Assembly (NCBI RefSeq): GCF_009914755.1
Contig: NC_060931.1
Length of the DNA stretch: 64,000 bases
Reading direction: 5' to 3' (one strand)
From: the human T2T-CHM13v2.0 reference genome, Homo sapiens
Position numbers and translations under genes: made by a program. Every line of letters starts with the position of its first letter. The stretch's first letter is position 1. Below are positions 25,376-38,788 of this stretch, in pieces. The notes beneath the pieces were generated by a model. That model searched no databases. It saw only the letters and a program-made list of their open reading frames with translations, and had not been told where the DNA came from.

Positions 25376-27774
25376 ATCCTTACATTATGAAACTGTAAGT
25401 TCCATGAGGGCTAGAATCTTGCCTGCTTTGCTCAGCAACGTTGATACCTAACAAAAGTTTGTTAAATGAATGCATGTTATGCAATAATAAATTCATTTTA
25501 AGTTTTCTGGTAGATATAGCCTGTCATCACACTTTCATTTGATGTGATCTGAAAATAAATTTTTCTGAGATATATAAGGGCCATTGAATTTAAAGATAAC
25601 TAATATTACACGTAGGTATTATTTCTCTCTGAATTTCTAGAATTATACGTACAGAGAGAACATGATTAAGAAAACAAATACGTAACAGGTAAGACAAATT
25701 AAACTGGCTAGTGAATTTTTTGATACTCGGAAAAATCAGATTTTTAGTTTGTGTTTGAAGCAAATATTCAGAATTATCAGGACAGGTTTCTACAAGGATT
25801 TTAATCTGATTCCTTCACCAAAATCATTTTAACATTTAGCTATAAGATATACAAATCATATTTACACCTACTGTGTTAAAAAAAAGTTTAACCTTTTTAG
25901 GACAGAATGGGGCCAGTACAATCAGACTTATGTAAGAAATCCTCAAATAACCTTCTTTTGTCACGATGACAACTGGGAGCAAATAATATTTAAAGCATGA
26001 GTGAGTAGTTGGAGGAGTATTTGACAGTTTCTGTGAGGAACCATTGACTGAAAACAGTGATCAACCCACTAGATATTTTAAAGTAAATTTAAATGAGCAA
26101 ATCACAATTCCTGTCACTGAGAATGACAGCACTAATTGTCAAAGTGAGGACCAGAGGTTCAGAGCTAAGTGGATGTTTAGTTATATGCTAATAGAAAAAT
26201 GCTTCCTAATTAAGATATGCTTGAAAGTTCTCTCTCTGTCTTTCATCTCTATAGCCTATATTTAAATCTCCTGACTCTTCATAAATATGCAGTGGTGACC
26301 TTAGGACAGGGCACTGTTTAGCAAATATCTTTTAAAATCAGAATCCACAAATTCTATTTTTTAACAAAATGTTGTATTGCATCGTCCTCCTTAGGTTTTA
26401 AAAACATACATGCACATTTAATGATAAACCAATGATTTTAAAAGGCATGTGAACTGCTTCTCTTCAGACATGGTTGAGGATTTTTGAACATGATGCAATA
26501 TATTTCTTTCTAGGACAGTTACAGAACTGGACTTTTCTTTCTTCCTGGTGTGGTTTATTAAAACAATAAATCAAAGCACGTAGAATAAGGAGCTGAGATC
26601 TTGAGAGGCTGACATGCAGAAAAGCTGAGATATTGGCAAGGCTTAATCGTTGAAGCACCCAGTCAAAGACTCAGTCAGAAGAGGAGGTGGAGGAGAACAG
26701 CCAGGAGGACAAAGGGGTTTCAGGCTTGGGCTGAACCTGGCATCACACAGAGGGGACTACACCTCCTCCTCTGGGGACTACCTTGAGTCAACCTCGCAGA
26801 ACCTTTTGTATCAGAGTAAGGTATCTGAAAAACCAGAGCAGCTGCTCTAATGGTTCAGGGCTATCATCCTTAGATCTGAAGGGTCATGGCTACACATGCA
26901 TAGAATATGGAAAGCAGCCAGGTGAAGGCATCTTCCACAGGCTCTCATCATTCTAGTGTGTGTTTTTCAATGCATCATTTATGTCAGAAGTGTTTGAAAA
27001 AAGCTGTTACAAAGTTAGTCCTTATTTTCATAGATCACTTTCTAAGTAAACATGGTCTAAATTATAGGATGAGAGTTTTGATCAATAGCATGCCTGTATT
27101 GGGTGCTAAAATAGTGCCTTGGGTACTTGACGGCAGAGGACATCAGTAATGTGAAGAAGGCTATAGAAAGAAGCAACAGTAGACACAGAATAAAACTGTG
27201 CTTTTCTAATTTTGTCTAAGGTTTTCGTTACAAAGAGTCAGGACAACATGAATAACTTTATTATTTCCAGGAATACCAAAATAATTGGTATTTATACTTA
27301 ATTTCTAGTTGTTTTGTGTCTTGTGGAAAAAGCATGATCAGTTAAATATGGTGAAGTAATTAAAAATATGGAGATAAGTATAGTGAGAATCATCATTACA
27401 TAATTTGGTAGGTGGTGTCATGCTGTTACTACTGTGGTTCCATATTGAGCAAACATTCAAGTCTCATGAAATGTACGATTTTACCAACTCAAAATATAAA
27501 TATCTTAAGACTGGACACATTAAATTCACTGTTATAGTGTATTACTGTTTATAATGTGAGTTACAATCTTGTGCAATCATTTTGGTGTGCCACGGCTACG
27601 CAAGCTTTGATTGAGGAGAGAACTGTAGAGAAAACCAACATAGACAACCTCTTCCAGGAAACTTCTGGGATAGTCATCAACGCAGAAACTTCATTTGCCT
27701 CCTAATCATCTACTGCCATTTCCCCAGAAGCTCAGAAATGTGTGACTTCACATGGTCAATGAACATTGAATATA

Positions 27775-28199
27775 CAGTTGACTCTTGAACAACCTGGCTA
27801 TGAACTGCACGGTTCACTGTAATGTGGATCTTCTTCTACGTCTGCCACCACTGAGACAGCAAGACCAAGCCCTCCTCTTTCCACTCCTGCCCAGTCTACT
27901 TAATGTGAAGATGACAAGGATGAAGACCTTTATGATGATCCACTTTCACTTAATGAATAGAAAATATTTTTTTCTTATTTTCTTAATAATATTTTCTTTG
28001 TTTTAGCTTATGTTATTGTAATAATGCAGTACCTCATACTTATAAAATAAAAAAATGTTAACAGACTATTATCAACAAGGCTTCTGACCAACAGTAGGCT
28101 ATTAGTAGTTAAGTTTTGGGAGAGTCAAAAGTTACATTCAGATTTTCAACTGTATGGGGAGTCAGAACCACAATCCCCATTTTGTTCAAAGGTCAACCG
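27775..28199 (+). mobile_element. Tigger2a (TcMar-Tigger MITE)
   Basis: TIRs cagttgactcttgaacaa / ttgttcaaaggtcaaccg with TA TSDs. Internal gaagatgacaaggatgaagacctttatgatgatccac. Confidence 0.88.
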
Positions 28200-28522
28200 T
28201 ATCTGGAAAAAAGTCACACAAATCTTCTAAAATAGATGAATAAAAAGTTGAACCATATTAATTGCTTCAAGCAAAATTAACCATTAAAAATAAGCAATTC
28301 ATTGCACTTTATAGAGACTATTAACAGAATACTTTAATAAAAATAGGACTTTTTTTCCTTGAGTTAAGGATGATTTAGTAAAATAAACTGGTTGCAAAAA
28401 ATGTACACAACAAGCAGCACTTATACATTCTTTAGCACAGAAGGGACTGCCTCAGAGACCTCTTTAAATTCTTAAGGCAAATTTAAAATCTTGGCAATTT
28501 CCTCGAAGGTGAACAACTAATA

Positions 28523-28843
28523 GTCCTTTGTAGGGACATGGATGAAGCTGGAAACCATCATTCTCAGCAAACTGTCGCCAAGGACAAAAAACCAAACACT
28601 GCATGTTCTCACTCATAGGTGGCAATTGAACAATGAGAACACTTGGATACAGGAAGGGGAACATCACACACCAGGGCCTGTCATGGGGTGGGGGGAGGGG
28701 GGAGGGATAGCATTAGGAGATATACCTAATGTAAATGACGAGTTAATGGGTGCAGCACACCAACATGGCACATGAATACATATGTAACAAACCTGCACGT
28801 TGTGCACATGTACCCTAGAACTTCAAGTATAATAAAAAATAAA
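28523..28843 (+). mobile_element. L1PA4/5 3' end, 5'-truncated
   Basis: gtcctttgtagggacatggatgaagctgg, G-rich tract at 28685-28706, taccctagaacttcaagtataataaaaaa. Confidence 0.92.
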
Positions 28844-30242
28844 TATTAGGTAAAAACTACTTAATAAGCATGGAAGCATCTATGTAGATATTTGAAATAA
28901 TACACAGATATTAAAAAAAAAAGAATCAAGAAAAGAGAGGGTCCTTGCACTCATGTGGGCCTGGAATCAAATCCACACCGAATTCACATGCCTTCATTGG
29001 TCACTTTAGCTTCAGAACCCAGCCTTCTCATCTGGAGAATAGACACAATGATGACTATATATATAATAATCTCATCTAATCCTTGCAACGATCCTACAAC
29101 TTAGAATATGGTAGGTGTTTAATTTATTTTTGTATTTTACTCTATATTTTCTTACCCATGATAAATAAATTATGTTGTGCATCACAACTCTACTTGGGGA
29201 ATGTAAATAAATTCCATGAAGTCATTCAAGACGTCATTTTAATTTTGAGTCAGTGTTTCTTCTCCAGAAAAATCAATACAGTATTAAATATCTAAAGGTA
29301 TAAGTCATTTTGCGAGGCTAATAAGATGACACCTTTTATAATTTATGATTTAAAAACCATTGCTTAAAACAAATCACTTGAAATCACCTAAAAACTAGCC
29401 AATCGCTTAAAAAGAAAACAAATTTTAAATAGAGTTTTAGTAGCAATTAAGTAATTTTTTAGTTTTAAAGATACATTAGAAATGTTTATTAGTTGGAAAT
29501 GTTTATCCATATAGCACAGGATGAATAAGTGATTACATAATTCAAGAAGTAAAGCAGAAAACATTCAACCAATTAGAATTTTTGAACATCTTGTCCTTTA
29601 AATATCAGATATGTCAATATGATAAATAAATGATATCTAAAACATCTATCACAAAAACTGGGTCATGATGAGAATATTTATATGTTAAATTTGTTAGCTT
29701 TTCTAATTTTCTCACCTTCCCAAGGGTAAAATCATGCTTATATTCAAGATTAATCACTGCATCCTCCTCCCCAAAGGCTTTCTACCCTTCCACTAAGATT
29801 TTTTATTCCTAATACAAAGCCAAAAACCTTTACAAAAACCACTCTTCGAAAACCACCTGGGTCAGGGTGATAGAGAAGAAATAGTAATGCACCAGAAATT
29901 ACAGTTCCAAATTCTTTACATCCTTGACATTTACCACTTCAAGGTCTCAGTAGTATGAAAGCAGGGCAGTGGGGTGGATGCAATGACTTTCAAGGTCCTT
30001 CTGACTTGGTCTTTCTGTGTGTCGCCTGTGCTCTGTAATGATTACTTAGAACACCCCTTAAGTGAGAAAGTTGGGGCTGGACAGAACCTAACAATCAAGG
30101 ACCTGGTATATTTGCAGTAAAGTATCTATTCCAACTCCTCTCACTGTTCTCTCTTGTCTCTACTCTGGACTTTCCCGTATTTATTTTGATGCTAATATTC
30201 GGAGTGATGTTGATGTCTCATCACGAATGCCATTCCCTAGAG

Positions 30243-30464
30243 CAAGCTTGGGCAAATGACTGCCTGTGAGCTAAATTCTTTCAACCTTTTATTTTTGTAA
30301 ATAAAGTTTTATTGGAACCCAGCCATACCCAATTGTGTACCCTTGTCTCTGGCTGCTTTCATGCTACATGGGAAAAACTGAGTAGTTATGACAGAACCTC
30401 TATGGCCACAAAGTTTAAAATATTTACTATCTTGCTATTTACAGAAAATATTTGCTGACTTCTG
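30243..30464 (+). mobile_element. MER58A (hAT-Charlie)
   Basis: tttttgtaaataaagttttattggaacccagcc...aaaatatttactatc. 8-bp TSD ccctagag / ccctacag. Confidence 0.85.
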
Positions 30465-30557
30465 CCCTACAGAAACATAAGCAAACAGCAGTAATCACTA
30501 ATATCAATTAAATGGATATTATTGGAACTCTTAAGGGGCACTTTATCTATAGATATC

Positions 30558-30773
30558 ATTTTTTTGACTTTTATTTTAAATTCAGGGGGAGACGTGCAGG
30601 CTTGTTATATAGGTAAACTTGTGTCATGGGAGTTTGTTGTACAGACTATTTCATCACCTAGGTATTAAGCCTGGTAACAGTTATTTTTCCTGATCCTGTC
30701 TTTCCTTCTACCCTCTACCCTCTGATAGACTTGAGTGTGTGTTGGACCCTTCTATGTGCCCATGTATTCTCAT
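30558..30773 (-). mobile_element. L1PA13-16-like 3' end
   Basis: ttcagggggagacgtgcaggcttgttatataggtaaacttgtgtcatggg...atcacctaggtattaagcc. Confidence 0.85.
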
Positions 30774-30794
30774 AAGATACTAATTTTTATCTTT

Positions 30795-31690
30795 GTGAAA
30801 TTTTGTTTCCTTGACCAACATCTCCCCAATCCCTCCACTCCCCAGCTCCAAAAAACCACCATTCTAGCCTCTGCTTCTCTGAGTTCAACTTTTTCCGATT
30901 CCATAGATAAGTGAGATAGTGTGGTGTTTGTCTTTCTGTGCCTGGCTTACTTCACACAACATAATGTCCTTCAGGTTTATCCACGTGTTTGCAAATGACA
31001 GGATTTCCTTCTTTTAAGGCTGAAGACTATTCCATGGTATAAATACCAAATTCTCTTTCTCCATTCATCTGCTGAAAGACACTTAGGGTGATTCTATATC
31101 TAGGCTATTGTGAAAAATGCAATGAACCTGGAAATAAGTTCAAGACATTTATTATACATCACAGTGACTATAGTTAATAACAATATACTATATACTTGAA
31201 AACTGTGAATAGAGTAGATTTTTTTTTTTTTTTTTGAGATGGAGTCTTGCTCCGTTGCCCAGGCTGCAGTGCAGAGGCACGATCTTGGCTCACTACAACT
31301 TCTGCCTCCCGGGTTCAAGCGATTCTCCTGCTTCAGCCTCCTGAGTAGCTGGGATTACAGGCATGCAGCCACCACTCCTGACTAATTTTTGTGTTTTTAG
31401 TAGAGACGGGGTTTCACCATGTTGGTCAGGTTGGTCTCGAACTCCTGACCTTGTGATCTGCCAGCCTCGGCCTCCCAAAGAGCTGGGATTACAGGTGAGA
31501 GCCCCTGTGCCCGGCTAATAGAGTAGATTTTAAATGTTCTCACCACAAGAAAATATGGTAAGAAGGTGAGGTAATGTTAATTAACATTTGTTAATTAACT
31601 TGATGTAGCCATTCCACAGTCTACACATATATCAAAACATCATATTGTACGCCATAAATATGTATAATTTTATCAGGCATTTAAAAATTA
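30795..31690 (+). mobile_element. 5'-inverted L1MA 3' end with an AluS inserted in the sense part
   Basis: Antisense block about 30795-31128, then sense block ggaaataagttcaag...ccataaatatgtataatttt. Candidate TSD taatttttat (30781 / 31692). Confidence 0.78.
31219..31516 (-). mobile_element. AluSg-like
   Basis: Antisense Alu. Perfect TSD aatagagtagatttt (31208-31222 / 31517-31531). Confidence 0.9.
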
Positions 31691-31858
31691 TTAATTTTTA
31701 TTAAAACGGTTATAATAGTTCCAACCGTGTTGTGTGTAGATTCACAACCATTAGAAGTTACAAATTGCCACATATAAAGGGTGGTATAATATAAAGTCAG
31801 TTTTAAAGAGATTGGCATGGCATTTTGTACTGTATTTGAAACATGATCAACATTGTTA

Positions 31859-32206
<348 letters not shown>

Positions 32207-33639
32207 TGAAATGTTTGTATGAGAATAGAACAAAGCAGCCACCTTCCCCCTGGAGCCCTGCAGGTCGGCTCCTGTTAACCAGGAGCCAGGGACGTGGCCA
32301 AACAAGTAACAAAGTCACTACACGCTTCACAGCCGCAATGCTCTTATCTGTAAATCAGACAAAATGCTTGTGTATAAATGTCTGCAAAGATGTTTCCAAT
32401 AAAAGAAAGATTTGGTTTGTGGATGTGCTTTGTTATTCTTCTTATTAATTTGGGGCTAGAGACAAGAGAAGAGTCTCAGGGAAAGAAATTCCTTGTTTGA
32501 ATTAATTTAGTCAAATCAGGTCAGAGAATCCAGAACAAGACTTAGCTGATGTTTCTTCAGGGCACATATGTGACTGCCTTTCCACTGTGAATAATATCTA
32601 CTCAGGCCATGTATTCATTCTACCACTTGTGAGATTTATGTAGCATTCTTGCCTCCATAGTGCTAAAGATGCCTGGTAGGGAAGTTTAAAGTTACTGCAG
32701 CAATTTCTTTTCGGTGCATATTAAAGTTGTGGTGCCTTATCTATGAGGCGGAGCTGTAAGTCGCTGTGATATCTTGCTTCGAATTAATTCACTAGTTACA
32801 TTCAACGGACATAGAAGTAGAGTTTGGCAGTTTAGAAAGCTGGCAAATTTTCTGTGGCTCCTCAAACATTACTGTAAAATTTGAAAGCTTTAATATGAAG
32901 GGTTTCAGTTTAGTCACAGAGTAAACCTAAAATCCTGGGATGACTGCTTCCCTTTTATCTGTGCCTCATGAAAATGGATACATTTTTTTATACCTCATCA
33001 GATAGACTTTTAAATTCCAATCGTATGAAAATGAAGACCCCCCTCAGTTAGAGTAGACCACAAAATGTGGCTGATTGTCGGTGAATCAGGCTATTACAGT
33101 TACACAAACTGCGTTGCAGAGCAAAAAACAAAACAATTGTTACTGTAAGTAATGAAAAAGCAGCAAAATGCAGCCACATAATGGTAAAGACATGAGACTT
33201 CTCTAGTATTTTAAATGAAAAAGCACTTGACTAGCTGAGCTTGGTGCTTAACACATGAGAAAGATGCAGGAAAGAAAATGATCAAAAGGCATGGTCCAGC
33301 CTCATGAGAGAAGAGGGTCTGCATGTCGTGAGGGCCACTTTCTCAATCCTGTTTGGATCTTATTTCACGGCTTCAGGTTGGACCTTCCACTTGCAACTTG
33401 CTGTGGAGGTGCTCTTCTGCAAGTCCCAAGATCCCAAAAAGGAAATACAGGAGTTTCGGTGTTTTTGAGCAAAACAAAGTAAAAAGCTGAGTAAGGAAAC
33501 ACTATACATAGCTGGAAATAGGTTATTTTCTATTTGCAGACAAAGAACAATATAAACAAAGCTCGAGATCATCTGGGCAGGTTGAAAATAGCTTCAGTCT
33601 CAAAACAGTTACACATCTGATCTGATTTCATCACATTTT

Positions 33640-33762
33640 AATTTTTCTTCCTCTGCCTCATCTTCCTCGTTCTCCTTTTCTTCCTTTTACTTGTTCTTCT
33701 TCTTCCTTATCTCTCTCTTCCTGTTTCTCTCTTTCTCCTGCTCCTCCTTCTCATACTTTTCT
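33640..33762. repeat. CT-rich low-complexity tract
   Basis: About 120 nt of nearly all pyrimidines on the plus strand. Confidence 0.8.
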
Positions 33763-35266
33763 GCATTTGTACTGCATGTGAGATTTCAACTACTCAAATG
33801 AATTACACTCATAATTTTCCCGAGTGGGGCAGAGAGAAGGGGGACTTTCAAAATAAGCCTTTAAAAGGAAAGCACTTTTTACCTATATTTTTCTTTTCTT
33901 TTTTTTCTTTTTTAAAAGTTGAGCTTATAAGATCATGCCTGGTGAAGCTGTGTTCATCCACTCCTCTCAGCATTAGTGGAAGAATTAGAGTATTAACGAC
34001 CTTATAGACCAGGTATTTTGTAGCCTCCTTTACAGTTTGTCAAGTTGTTAAAAATTGATACAAGAAAACTTAATTATTTCTTCAGAGAAAAGCTGGACAT
34101 GTGAACTATGTTAACCATAAAACTTGCCTGTCTTATGTTTCTATAAACAGCCAGGTTTGAAGCACAAGGGCAAACCTATGCATCTATGTGTATATACACA
34201 CGTTTCTATTTTATATGCATATATTTACATGCATGTATAGTTTTTGTAAATTTATTCGTGATTCTTAGTGGTTATCAACTAAATATGAAGCAGTGTTCTA
34301 GCTGCTTAAAGAGTTGGAAGAAAAGGGTGGTGTCAACTCTGCGATTTTGCTGATCAAATCGAGATTACAGATACATGTTTTGCTTAGCCCACATAGGATT
34401 GTTTTAAATTACATTTTGCTGTGTTTCTGCTTTTAGAAGTTGAGAAGTGCCCCATGAGTATCCAGAGCTTGTAGCTTCTCTTGAGAAATCTGAAGGTCTT
34501 GCAAGACTAGACCTGCTGCCTTCCCCAGCAGCAGCCGTCATCTGGAAGGTGATAGTTGCTAATACCCTGAGTCAGGGGAGACTATTTCTCCATAGTCCTG
34601 GCAGCTGCCTACTGTGTTATCCCTGAGCTTCACTCATTTGTTTTCTGGCCTGATCCTATTGTTATTTCGAGTTCCTACTCCTATAGATCTATAAGGGGTG
34701 ACTGAAGGGGTTTGGAAAAAGACTAGGTTGGGGGTCAGTTGTGGGGTATTGTGGCAAAAATGCTGGGTTTGGAAGTAGGTGGTCTCTCTGATGAGCTTGC
34801 TTATGCCTGGTATGCACCCATGATGTTTTCCACAACAAAAACTAGAAAACACTTGCCAAGTATCTGGGAGTGGAATAACAGGCTTGAGAGAAAGGTCCCC
34901 TTTTGGCATAGAGGCGTGCATTTAAAAGCCTTTATTCTGCTGCTAAATACTATTTGAAAGAGAATAAAATAAGTACAGTCTCTTTTGGGGGGAATAGGGT
35001 GGAAAAAAAGGAGTGTTATTTGCAAATATTTCAAAGTATTCTATAATGACTAATACTTGTAAAAAGTAACTTAGGAAGCCTTGGCAGCGAAGGGCAGAAT
35101 GCCATCGGTTAATATTCCAAGTTTTGTGTGCCTAGTGAAGCAAGTTAGCTTGTAACAGTGCTTCAACTGGAAAAATCACAATTGACAGCTTCAATTCATA
35201 AGGAGCAAAGCACCACAGTCCATGAAGAAAGTAACTGCCATGGTGAGCACTCTGCATCAGGGAGAA

Positions 35267-35317
35267 ACACACACACACATACCACACCACACACACATAC
35301 ACACACACATACACACA
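35267..35317. repeat. Imperfect (CA)n microsatellite
   Basis: Direct read. Confidence 0.9.
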
Positions 35318-36403
35318 ATGATCACCTTCCTGGAGGAAGAAGAGTAGTGAATTTTAAAATGAATACTTTTTATTTGTGTTTTTCTGTTATTGCCAACTTT
35401 AAAATGTACTCGTTTTGATTAAGCTAGGTTGTGTTACAATATTAGGAATTAATTTCAAACACATTGTGTTTTTACTTCAAAATAATTTACTTCAAAAAAA
35501 TCTTTATGTGTATTTACAAAAATAGTACAGCTAGTAAAATGACACTGTATTGGCTTTTATTGCCAAAAGAAAAATTAAGTGTAATGCTTAATGAACTCTT
35601 TGAAAATTTTAACTGTTAGCATAATGCAACTCATTCTGATTTCCATTAGATGTATCTATTATATTTGACCCACATAGTTTAAGAAACCTGTAATTAAGAC
35701 ACTCCACTTTTGAATCATAGGAAAATCTCTACATCTTATCTTCCTTATAAGTTTAAAAAAATTTAAAAAAAATTTGCAACCAATCAAAGTCATGCTATTC
35801 CTTATTTTAATGCCAGTTTTCCTGGTATTTTCGATAAATTTAAAAAATTACAAGTGATATTTATATATGTAAAATGAGGGAAAATTCTACAACTATAAAA
35901 TCAAATTGTTTTCATTTCTTAGGAAGTCAATATAAATGGTCTTTCAGTTGATAACAATGTCTGTTCATTCACATCAATAAATAATTTCATAATTCCAAGG
36001 CTCTCTTTATCCAATTGTATTTTAAAGAGTACACATTTTGTGATAGTTTATAAATTAAAGGATATATATTCAAAGTCACATAAAAAATATTTGAGTTAAT
36101 TACAAAGTAATCATGGAAGAATATTCCTTACATTTCTATTTATTATTGCATGAAAATGGATAATTTCATAACTTTTTATATATAAGATTCCAACTGGCCT
36201 TTATTTCATTACATATAAAATGAAAAAAGATGAGTTGATCTGACAGCACAGCCCAAGTTTTCAAAATTTGTTAATGTTATTGTATTGTCAACACTAAATG
36301 TTAAATATATATACACACATATATATACATATATACCTATATATATACCTATATATATAATATAAAATGCTAAGAATATAAATGTTAAGGACGTACATCC
36401 ACA

Positions 36404-36614
36404 TTTTGACCTGCTCCATTTCCGACCTGGGTCAGTTTGCCTCTCGTTTGCAACCACATTACACACAGCTCCTGAGAGGTCACCACATTGATGCCAAATA
36501 GTGCAGACATGTGATCAGCATGGCACATTATAACCAGGAGCTCCCAGGCCCAAGCAATCCTTCTCTCAGCCTCCTGAGTAGCTGCAACTAGAGGGGCTTG
36601 CCACCACACCTGGC
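36404..36614 (-). pseudogene. 7SL (SRP RNA) retropseudogene, 3'-truncated and tailless
   Basis: Reverse complement runs from GCCAGGTGTGGTGGC through the S-domain (GGCATCAATGTGGTGACCTC...CCCAGGTCGGAAATGGAGCAGGTCAAAA), which Alu lacks. TSD acatccacatttt / acatgcacatttt. Confidence 0.92.
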
Positions 36615-37924
36615 ACATGCACATTTTATTTCTAATTTAATTTTTTAAAAATATGCAGCTTATTATCTAAAGAAAGACCTTTCTAACCCTTCCATTTAAA
36701 GCCATAAAATCATACAGAGGCAAAAGGACTTCTTGGAGCTCTGTGGTTTTCCTCTGGTGGCTAATTGTGGTTAACTCTGCTTATCAGAGTTCTTTTATCT
36801 GGAAATGACTATCTTTCTAGTGCATTTCAAGTATCATCTACTTTAAGTTCTGATCACATTTCATTTACCACTTATATTTGGTGTGAATGCAAAGATGAAT
36901 CAATTACCCAATTTCGCCATCTTTTTAAAATGCATAGCATCTATGCACTAAAAATACAATACAATAATGTGCAACTCAAAAAATTCCCCAAGCAAGAAGA
37001 CTGATGATTTCTTAAATATTATGTGACCTTCTATCGCCTGATTTTAGAAATTCTAAGTGAGGACAACTTGGATTGTATCCTAAAATATTATGCTGTGGAC
37101 TCACTCTCCATGTATACAATAGGTTTGACATTTGATAGAAATTAGGGGACAGCAGAAGAGAAAGAATTCTTAACTATGTCTGTACATAGTTAACTACCCT
37201 AAGGCACTTTAATTCTTGTCCATCCTTTATTCTAGTAAAACTGTCACTGAACCAAAAGATATATCTGTATAAAGAGCTCTGTACTGTCAAAAGTAAAGCT
37301 ACTTGGCAAAGCTTATGAGACTTTATGTCAGTTTTCTACTTGAATTATAGTTATTTCACTAACTAGTTATCTTTTTCACATCTATTGTGACTAGAGAATG
37401 AGATGTAGCAGCAATCTTTGTTGCATGCCATTTGTAAACTAAATTTATGTCATAGATTTGCATGCTAAGTACCTCTCTGGTAAGAAGAGCTCTCAAAGGC
37501 AGCATGTTTATGCCACTATTTGTGATTAAATTGGAATTCTAAAGCAGACCCAAGTTAAACATGAAGACAACTTTAGATCTTGGTCTGAAGTCAAATATAG
37601 ACTGTTTACTTACCATTGGAGTTATCTTCTTCTTCTTCTTTTTTTGTGGCTATTAGCAAGATAATCTGTGATAGTTTTTAATCATCTCTCTTTTACTAAC
37701 TTCATAGTTTTAAAATTTTCTGTGTTTTTGGTGTTGGCATAAAAGGTATGTGTTCAAAATTCATGATTGGCTAAAATAATAAGATCTGGAGTTTGAAAGT
37801 AGTTTCAACAGGTGATTTAGTATATAAAATTATATATACTTACATATACTATGTAGTTATTAATTAGGTACCAGGCTATTGTCATCACATAAATCATAAA
37901 CATCTTCACCAGAAAGTTTTCACT

Positions 37925-38070
37925 TATTCATTCATTTAACATATATATGTTGAGTGTGTATGAGGCACCAAATGCCACACTAGGCTGTCAGGTGCCATGG
38001 TTTACCAGATACACTGTTCTTGAAGTGCTTACCTTCCAGTTGGGGGATATAAAAAAGGCACAAACAAGAG
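37925..38070 (-). mobile_element. L2 3' end
   Basis: attcattcatttaacatatatatgttgagtg...gtgcttaccttccagttggggg. Confidence 0.6.
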
Positions 38071-38177
38071 AATGAGTTAGAGAAACAGACCATGTGAAAT
38101 CACACAAACACATGGACAGCTGGATTGACCATTTGGTCCCATTTTTCACTGTCATTTAACTTCTTAGTCTTCCTCAT
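38033..38177 (-). other. Candidate repeat-derived exon (145 nt; MIR-like acceptor, L2-derived donor)
   Basis: cttcttcttctctttcacag|ATGAGGAAG ... CTGGAAG|gtaagc. Confidence 0.4.
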
Positions 38178-38788
38178 CTGTGAAAGAGAAGAAGAAGATG
38201 TGACTTACCTGTTTTAAATGGTGATGAAACTCATCACAGTTTTCAGCTAGGGGCCAAAGCCCTGAGTTCTGTGTGCGTGAATGGTCTCAGCCTGGAGTTC
38301 TCTCTAGTTGCTCTGACTTGCATAACTCTGTTTCACTCGGCCACAAATTAAGTGTCAGGGCACATCCCAGCACCTACTTGACCTCCCTTAAATAACCCCA
38401 GTGAGGATCTCTAAGATAATTTTTAAATTATGAAATTAAATGATTAATATTTTTAAATAGAAAAGGTAGAAAAATGAATAAAAGATGAAATCTCTCTGTA
38501 CTTCTTTTGCAAAGTTTCCCCAGAGGGAATTACTATCAACTGTTGGCTTTACCTTTTTCTATATATTTTCTAAATAGTTTTTAAAAGAGAAAATACAAAG
38601 TTCTGCAACTTTTTGGCTGGTTAATTTTCTTAAATTGGTACATAATGCGTATTTATTTTCTCATTATTAACTACTCAAATACTCTAAAATATATACAGGG
38701 AAATCCTTCTTTGGTACATTCTTTCTCTCACCTGTAACCCCAGGAAACCAATGTTATATAAAATACTATCATATCCTCTGCAAAATAT

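Noticed and set aside
28685-28706. G-quadruplex-forming tract
   Set aside because: An ordinary feature of the L1PA 3' UTR.
32242-32347. Possible minus-strand exon (tttacag|ATAAG...GAAG|gtggct)
   Set aside because: Weak donor and no recognisable peptide.
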